In this document: piece by piece, positions 60,330 to 64,000 of the stretch
Position numbering within the stretch: position 1 is the first letter of the stretch
Layout: the number at the start of each line of letters is the position of its first letter
Assembly (NCBI GenBank): GCA_963769025.1
Contig: CAVYKI010000009.1
Span: 1,056,001 to 1,120,000 of the forward strand
DNA: 64,000 nucleotides
Direction of reading: 5' to 3'
Source of the DNA: an uncultured Verrucomicrobiae bacterium
Lineage (GTDB): Bacteria; Verrucomicrobiota; Verrucomicrobiia; Chthoniobacterales; Chthoniobacteraceae
Notes under the pieces: model-generated
The model's database searches: none
Told to the model about the DNA's origin: nothing
What the model saw: the letters and a program-made list of their open reading frames with translations, nothing else
Made by a program: the position numbers and the translations under genes

Positions 60330-62206
60330 CGCTGGACGGGGCGCAACACGACGCGCCGCAGATCCATCACGGCCCCGCCGGGCTTCGTCTTCGGTTTCAC
60401 GGCAACCGTCTGCCTTCCCGCCGGCATCTCGACTTCGCCGATCGTGCGCTGGATGAAGTTCTGAAAGTGCCCCGTGTCCTGCACGGTGAAGTTCAAAGTC
60501 TTGCCTGCGATCTCCACCGCGACCTCCGCGCCGCCGCTGCCCTTGCCGCAGCCTTGTGTGACTTCCACTTCGTACCTCCCGGGCGTCTTTACCTCAAACT
60601 CCCAGTCCGCCCAGTCCTCGGGCTTTGTCCAAAAGCCCAACGTGTCCTTCTGCGGCTGGGGCTCGTAGCGGAGCTTCTCGCCGTGGACACGCGCGTCCCT
60701 CGCGTGCAGGCGGATGTCGCCCTGCGCCGGCGTGATGAAAGGCTTGTTCCGCTTTTCACCGGGCGCGCCGTCGCCCTTCACGGCCGCATTCATCCCGGCG
60801 CGCCACTCCTTCCACTTTTCCTCCACCGCCGCGGCGCTCGCGCCCTTGGCGAGCAAGCTCGGGTCGGTATCCACGTACAGCGTGCGGTGGAGTTTTTCGT
60901 CGAAGGCCGGGTTGGGCTTCACCTCCTGCGCGCCGACGCTCACGCGCCATTCCGCGAGCTTCGCCTTCATCGTGGAAAGCCGGGCGGACTCCTTCTCAGC
61001 GAGGTCGTGCTTCTCGCCGACATCCTGCGCGAGATTGAAGAGTTCCACCTTCCCGTCCTCGAAATGCTCCACCAGCTTCCAGTCGCCCTCGCGCATCGCG
61101 CCGCCGGGGCGCCCGCCCTGGTTGGTGTAGTTTGGGAAGTGCCAGAAGAGCGCGCGCGGCGCGAGTTCACCGCCCGCGAGGAACTTGGTGAGGCTCGCGC
61201 CATCCAGCGGGCCGACCTGCTTCGCGAGATCGATGCCCGCGGCTTCGAGCAGCGTGGGCACCAGATCGGTGAGCACCACCGGCGTGTCGCTTACCCACGC
61301 GGGCTTCACCGTGCCGGGCCAGCGGATGATGAGCGGCACGCGCAGGCCGCCTTCGTAGTTGTAGCCCTTGCCGGAGCGGTACGGCTCGTTGTGAGTCGCG
61401 GGTGTGCCGGGAAATTCCAGCACGTGCAGTCCGCCATTGTCGCTGGCGAAAATGAAAATGGTCCGTTCGCGCAGACCGAGCGCGTCAATTTTTGCCATCA
61501 CGCGCCCCACGCAGGAATCGAGGTGCTCGATGACCGCCGCGTACACGGGATTGAACGTGTCCTTGTAGCGCGTCACCTCCTCGGGCAGGGCGGCGAACGG
61601 GATGTGCGGGGTATTGTGCGCGAGGTAGAGGAAAAATGGCCGGCCCTTATTCTCTTCAAGCCACTGCTCGGCGCGTGCCGTGAGGTCGTATTCGCCTTTG
61701 CTCCCCTCGGTCGCGCTCGGAGTGGTGTTCGCCTTGCCCGCGTAGGTGGATTCAAAGCCCTGCTCCTTCGGCCCGAAGCCCGCGTTGCCGAGGTGCCACT
61801 TGCCAATGTGCCCCGTGGCATAGCCCGCATCGCGCAGCCGCTCGGCGAGGGTCACTTCCTCCAGCGGCAACTGCCCCTCGATGATCGGCTGCTTCACGCG
61901 CTGGGAAGGAGCATCGGCACGGCCCGGCAGGAAATTCGTGAGGTGCAGCCGCGCAGGGCTCTTGCCAGTCATCAGCGCCGCTCGCGACGGGGAGCAGATC
62001 GGCTGCGCACAATAGCCGCTCGTGAAGCGAACCCCCTCGCCCGCCAGCCGATCCAGATTCGGCGTGCGATGCTCGGCGCGTCCGTAGCAGTGGAGATCAT
62101 TGATGCCGAGATCGTCCGCGAGGATCAGCACAATGTTCGGCCTGTCCGCCGCGCGCGCGGTGAAAGTGACGGCCAGCAGCAACAGGAGGAAACGGAGGGG
62201 TTTCAT
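60326..62206 (-). CDS. Exported Cys-type sulfatase with C-terminal CBM-like beta-sandwich
   Basis: PNIVLILADDLG, CSPSRAALMTG, GKWHLG, SDNGG, YEGGLRVP. Confidence 0.93.
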   Translation of the reverse strand: MKPLRFLLLLLAVTFTARAADRPNIVLILADDLGINDLHCYGRAEHRTPNLDRLAGEGVRFTSGYCAQPICSPSRAALMTGKSPARLHLTNFLPGRADAPSQRVKQPIIEGQLPLEEVTLAERLRDAGYATGHIGKWHLGNAGFGPKEQGFESTYAGKANTTPSATEGSKGEYDLTARAEQWLEENKGRPFFLYLAHNTPHIPFAALPEEVTRYKDTFNPVYAAVIEHLDSCVGRVMAKIDALGLRERTIFIFASDNGGLHVLEFPGTPATHNEPYRSGKGYNYEGGLRVPLIIRWPGTVKPAWVSDTPVVLTDLVPTLLEAAGIDLAKQVGPLDGASLTKFLAGGELAPRALFWHFPNYTNQGGRPGGAMREGDWKLVEHFEDGKVELFNLAQDVGEKHDLAEKESARLSTMKAKLAEWRVSVGAQEVKPNPAFDEKLHRTLYVDTDPSLLAKGASAAAVEEKWKEWRAGMNAAVKGDGAPGEKRNKPFITPAQGDIRLHARDARVHGEKLRYEPQPQKDTLGFWTKPEDWADWEFEVKTPGRYEVEVTQGCGKGSGGAEVAVEIAGKTLNFTVQDTGHFQNFIQRTIGEVEMPAGRQTVAVKPKTKPGGAVMDLRRVVLRPVQR

Positions 62207-62360
62207 GCAGGCGATGGCATCTGCGCAGCCGCAATGGCGCAAGCGCAGATTCCTTCGCAGCCGCCGACGGCAGGAGGCGGGCACCTTGAACGCCGCAAAC
62301 TCAGCCGAGATGGAACGCAAAAAAACAGCCCGCGTCGTCCCCTCGGCGCCTACCGGCGGA

Positions 62361-63713
62361 TCACTTCTTCTTCCCCGGCCTCGCCCCGATCTTCGTCGGA
62401 TCGTAGTTCGGATTCGGCGTCGGGAATTGCGCGCCTGTCTCCTTCAGCCATGCGTCGAGTTTTCCGCGGACTTCGGCAGTCTTCGCTTTCTCCGTCGCAC
62501 TCACGTCGTGCTTTTCCAAGGGATCGCCCTTGAGATCGTAGAGCTCGTCACGCCCGTCTTCGTAAAAATGCACCAGCCGCCAGTCGCCGTCGCGGATCGC
62601 CGAATACGGCGTCGCCCCACCGGGATGGTAGTGCGGATAGTGCCAGAAAATTGTCCGCGACTGCGCACCGTCCGCGCCCAGCAACGCCCTCACCGACATC
62701 CCATCGCCCGGCGCCTTCACGCCTGCCGCGTCGAGCGCCGTGGCGTTCCAATCCATCGTGATCACCGGCGTCGCATTCTCCGTCCCGGCCCGGCTCACGC
62801 CCGGCCAGAAAATCATCCCCGGCACGCGCACTCCGCCTTCGTACGCACTGCCCTTGCCGGCGCGCATCCCGAGATTTTCCGTGGTGCCGGGCAGCCCGCC
62901 GTTATCGCTCGTGAATACGATCAGCGTGTTCTTATCCAGCTTCAGTTCCGCGAGCCGTGCGCGGATGCGGCCCACGCCGTCATCCACCGCTGCGATCATC
63001 GTCGCGTACTTCGCCTTGCCCTGCGGCGTCATCAGCTTCGCCTTCTCCTCGTACTTCGCCGTCACCTCCGGCAGCCCGCCGAGCGGCGTGTGGACGGCAT
63101 AATGCGAGAGATAGAGAAAGAACGGCTTGTCGCTCTTCGCCTCGATGAACTTCACCGCCTCCTCCGTGAGCCGGTGCGTGAGCGATTCGCCGGGAGGGCC
63201 GTCGGGGAGATTCGGGTTATTGTACGGCGAAAGGTAGGACGCAGGCTGCCCCCTGTGATTGTTCGCGATGGCCACATCAAAACCGTGCGCCGCAGGTCCG
63301 CCCGGCGAAAGATGCCACTTCCCGATCGCGCAAGTCCGGTAGCCCGCTGCGCCGAGCCGTTGCGCGATGGTCGTCTCCGCCTTCGGGAGTTCCTTGCTCC
63401 AGTCGGGGATCGCGAGCTTCGCAGCAGGCCGGTTGTGCCCAGCGATCCAATCCGTGATGTGCAGCCGCGCCGGATACTTGCCCGTCATCATCGCCGCGCG
63501 GGACGGCGAGCACACCGTGCAGGCGGAATACGCATTTGGAAAACGGCAGCCGTCCTTCGCCAGCCGGTCGATGTTCGGCGTCTCGTAAAACTTCGACCCG
63601 CAGCACCCGAGGTCCGTCGCCCCGAGATCGTCGATGAAAAAGATGATGATGTTCGGCTTGTCCGCAGCGCGCGCGGCAAGGACGGAGAGCAGGAGGGCGA
63701 GGAGGAGACGCAT
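62361..63713 (-). CDS. Exported Cys-type sulfatase
   Basis: PNIIIFFIDDLG, CSPSRAAMMTG, GKWHL, YAVHTP, YEGGVRVP, FWHYPHY. Confidence 0.94.
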   Translation of the reverse strand: MRLLLALLLSVLAARAADKPNIIIFFIDDLGATDLGCCGSKFYETPNIDRLAKDGCRFPNAYSACTVCSPSRAAMMTGKYPARLHITDWIAGHNRPAAKLAIPDWSKELPKAETTIAQRLGAAGYRTCAIGKWHLSPGGPAAHGFDVAIANNHRGQPASYLSPYNNPNLPDGPPGESLTHRLTEEAVKFIEAKSDKPFFLYLSHYAVHTPLGGLPEVTAKYEEKAKLMTPQGKAKYATMIAAVDDGVGRIRARLAELKLDKNTLIVFTSDNGGLPGTTENLGMRAGKGSAYEGGVRVPGMIFWPGVSRAGTENATPVITMDWNATALDAAGVKAPGDGMSVRALLGADGAQSRTIFWHYPHYHPGGATPYSAIRDGDWRLVHFYEDGRDELYDLKGDPLEKHDVSATEKAKTAEVRGKLDAWLKETGAQFPTPNPNYDPTKIGARPGKKK

Positions 63714-63835
63714 GACGTCGAGTGTTCATGCATCCCATCCTGCGGCGAGCGGAAAACAAGGCGGGGAGCCTTCGGAATCGGACTCGCTCGCTCCCGCTTA
63801 GTGCTCCATGTCGTTCGGATTCCCAGCGCCGCAGC

Positions 63836-64000
63836 CTACTTCGCCGGCTCGACGATCATCACGCCACGCATGACGAGGTAGTGGCCGGGGAAGGAGCAGA
63901 TGTAGGGATAGCGGCCCGGCTCCTTCGGCGCGTGGAAGCGCAGCGTGTCGGTCTCGCCCTGCTTGAGCATCTTCGTGGTGTGCATGACTTTTTCCGACTT
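63836..64000 (-). CDS. C-terminal azurin/plastocyanin-type copper-binding domain (gene truncated by window edge)
   Basis: ...PGRYPYICSFPGHYLVMRGVMIVEPAK*: C-x4-H-x3-M type-1 copper loop. Confidence 0.85.
   Translation of the reverse strand, partial: KSEKVMHTTKMLKQGETDTLRFHAPKEPGRYPYICSFPGHYLVMRGVMIVEPAK

Noticed and set aside
63765..63835. Imperfect inverted repeat upstream of the second sulfatase as a MITE
   Set aside because: Single short copy with no target-site duplication or other support
1..64000. CRISPR array, tRNA/rRNA, integrase/transposase, prophage
   Set aside because: No regularly spaced repeats, cloverleaf/rRNA signatures or mobile-element motifs found by eye

Overview
High-GC bacterial chromosomal window, probably Verrucomicrobiota. 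This is inferred from a Minf_1886/TIGR04138-type gene, an LpxC-FabZ fusion, a PEP-CTERM protein, DUF3500 and tandem sulfatases. Most content is housekeeping: a nuoE-N complex I operon (heavily frameshifted, most likely sequencing indels), prc, a dpp/opp-type ABC transporter, asd, mpg, nif3-lpxA-lpxC/fabZ, gpmI, an M16 peptidase, rpsU, ccsA-hemA-hemC-cobA/hemD, a class I lysS, rnpB, a hybrid kinase with two REC-DUF4388 regulators, and two sulfatases. I saw no CRISPR array, tRNA/rRNA, transposase or prophage. Most interesting: (1) a GrpE / lidless Hsp70 / pseudo-J-domain+helical repeats+FGE-fold three-gene operon behind a sigma54-like promoter; (2) an unannotated 27-aa single-TM ORF translationally coupled between nuoL and nuoM; (3) a perfect Rex operator ahead of the nuo operon; (4) an orphan TIR+transmembrane gene; (5) rpsU carrying a strong Shine-Dalgarno where many genes look leaderless. 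All calls come from reading motifs by eye; no database searches were run.
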